From contig CM038999.1 in assembly GCA_017499595.2 (NCBI GenBank), positions 372,001 through 436,000 on the forward strand: 64,000 bases of DNA. Reading direction: 5' to 3'. This document shows, piece by piece, positions 61,701 to 64,000 of this stretch (its first letter is position 1; each line of letters begins with the position of its first letter). The notes below the pieces were generated by a model. The model searched no databases. It had not been told where the DNA came from and was given only the letters and a program-made list of their open reading frames with translations. A program made the position numbers and the translations under genes. The stretch comes from Psilocybe cubensis. Lineage: Eukaryota.

Positions 61701-62881
61701 GGTCGTGAATACGTCGAAGAGAAGTGTAAATTAATTGAGTTAGATTTGGGCGCGCAGCACCTACATGGTTGTAGAGAAAGCAGTGAGCATACTTCCAGTG
61801 AGAGTGGAATAAAATTACTTGCCTTAATTGATATCTAATCTGTGGAGGAAATCGACCAGCGAGAACCGTGAGGAAACCATTCCACCAACGGTCCACCTTT
61901 TATAGTTTCCCCCATTGATGGAATGTTAATTCAATTTGACCAAGACCCTAGCTGCCATCAATAATCGAAGATCATTGGTCGATCATGACAACACTGATGC
62001 TGTGAAAGCGTTTCATCAATATGAAGGGCGAATATCGGAGAAGCGTAAAGCTCGACGCTGGAGGCCTCCTCTTCATTCTAACTAATTAGCGTTGGATCTG
62101 ATCATGGGAAAGGCTTGCGTGCATTATTCTGTAGCCACATATTGTAAACCTTTTTTCTGTAGTAAGTGAGAATTAGTAGTCAGTTGGACTGCAAGCATAG
62201 TACACCATGAGCCGTGATCCACGGCAAAAATGACAGTTCCAAGGCCATCATATAATATAAGTCATACGGCCTAACCTTTACTCCTTCATTTCAAATTGGA
62301 ACCGAAACGTCTGAACCGTCTGATGCCATGTGCACCTTTCGAGCCGAGCATCCTCACTCCGGTAGAACATTATCTGCGTAAGTTACAGAAGGTTACAGAC
62401 TGTTACAGACTTCAAGGATGAGCAAAACCAGTCGCTCTCTTACAGAGGGTCAATTCACTTACTTGTTTGCCCATGAAGACACAGGTCGTGTCCCGCAAGG
62501 GCCCATGCAGTATCGAATTGATGTGCCTGGAAGGTTATCCGATTATCGTCCAGATGCACTGCCCGTTGCTGCAGGTTGGCCGCCACAAGGACCTGGAACA
62601 TCATGACGTCGTCGATATGTTGAGCCTCCCCTGCGTTTCAATATTTATATGTATAAGGAAATTTTCTGCTGCCGGTGAGTGAACACACAGGAGAAGAGTG
62701 GGATACACACTCGTATTTTGATATATACCCAGGTCGCTCATATTCCATTAGACAAGGATATCAGAAGAGCAAGAAAAAATACAAATGTTTGACATTCGAA
62801 TCTTTACATGGCATGCACGTCGACAAAGCAAAGATCAAGGCTATAAATATTAGATGATAAAGATTTTATCTTTAGATATCT

Positions 62882-64000
62882 TTAGACCTTGGTTGTCTGA
62901 AGCTCATAGCGAGATGTAAGAAGCCCTTCTTCAATGGCTTTGATTTCTTCAAAAAAAAAAAAACTATCAAAAATACTGTCAATTCGGATAATGTCAGGTT
63001 ACTCACGAAGTGCTAGATGACTCGAATGGAAGCGACACAAAGCAAGGTTGCCTATAGGGCAATTTCAGAGGCAAAGATGATAGGGTGTTCCGTTTCGACG
63101 ACGTACCCATCATGTACCATAAATTTACGACACCCAGATTTCTCCAAGCACCGTTTATTTCTCCTTCGTCGTTGAGACCCCAGATAGGTCTACACTTGTT
63201 GGCAACTTCTTCGCCACATACTTGACGGATATGGTCGATGGGAGTCCCAACTCTTCATGACACAATCAGGTGACGGTTTATGGATCGAGAAGACCAGGAG
63301 GAAATCATACTTACCCAGTGGAGAATACAACAACGTCAGCAGGGAGCTCAGAGCCGTTTTCGAATTTAATACTTGTTTCGGTAAAGCTCGAGATCGTGCT
63401 ATCTGTCTTCAACTTGATTTTACCTTCTGCAATAAGCTTGCTGGCCCCAGTATCTGTTAAGGTGATAGGGATTAAGAAATGGCAATGTCGATATAAAAAG
63501 GATGTACACACCGAGATAATATCCGCCGGCTTTGCTCCATGCCAGAAGGCCAAACCCAGTGTCTTTTATTCCTAAATTGGTACGGAAGCCAACTTTGTGG
63601 AGAGAGTCTAGTAGATCCCTATATATGTAGAGTTTTAGTATTACAGAGCCAACATCACAAGGTACCATCAGCGCACTTATCAAGTTCAGCGATACGTTTT
63701 GTTTGCCTTTGATTCAAGACTGTGGACATATGATGGGGGAAAGATGCATTGACGCGATCAACAATGTCAGCAGGAGGTCCCCCCTCCCAGTAACCCCCTA
63801 ATATTTTCATTAGCAAATAAACGCGCCTGACCAGGTCGACTGAATTACCTTTCATAATGACCTCCCAGCCGTTTTTAGTTGACATGATGTAAGTCGAACC
63901 GCGTTGGAACATGGTGACGTCTAGTAGCATCGAATAGCGTCGAAGAAGGAAAATGAATGGAGAGTCTAATGCATCAATTTTAGACTTCCTTACCAACGCC
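62882..64000 (-). CDS. Flavin-containing monooxygenase, 3' part (5' end outside the window)
   Basis: DVTMFQRGSTYIMS, KAGGYY|LDTGASKLIAEGKIKLK, LPADVVVFSTG and LWYMM|GNLALCRFHSSHLAL|QIKAIEEG, with the stop at 62882-62884. Confidence 0.88.

Overview
Intron-rich fungal genomic DNA, most likely an Agaricomycete (short ~50-60 bp GT-AG introns, agaric-type gene families). Recognisable genes are an SDR oxidoreductase, a Sec2-domain protein, a cytochrome-b5-like heme/steroid-binding protein, SNX3, ADE6 (FGAM synthase), an M35-type metalloprotease and a partial flavin monooxygenase. The most striking feature is a dispersed gene family. A large gene (9369-13901) has an N-terminal helical domain (tentatively MLKL/Goodbye-like), an EF-hand-like loop and ZZ-type Zn fingers. 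Three short paralogs (28.5-30.0, 31.6-33.1 and 55.0-56.4 kb) retain its first exons with matching intron phases but end in a new conserved ~23-aa motif, YSVASSRTxE[ST]DYGx[YFH]YxRxALS. The same motif is also fused to an unrelated MIT-domain protein (30.5-31.1 kb) lying between two of the paralogs. Mobile DNA includes a 720-bp CACTG-ended foldback element with a 3-bp TSD and a DUF6589-like transposase + RecQ helicase cassette between the divergent SNX3 and ADE6 genes. All exon structures and domain calls were made by eye, without database searches.
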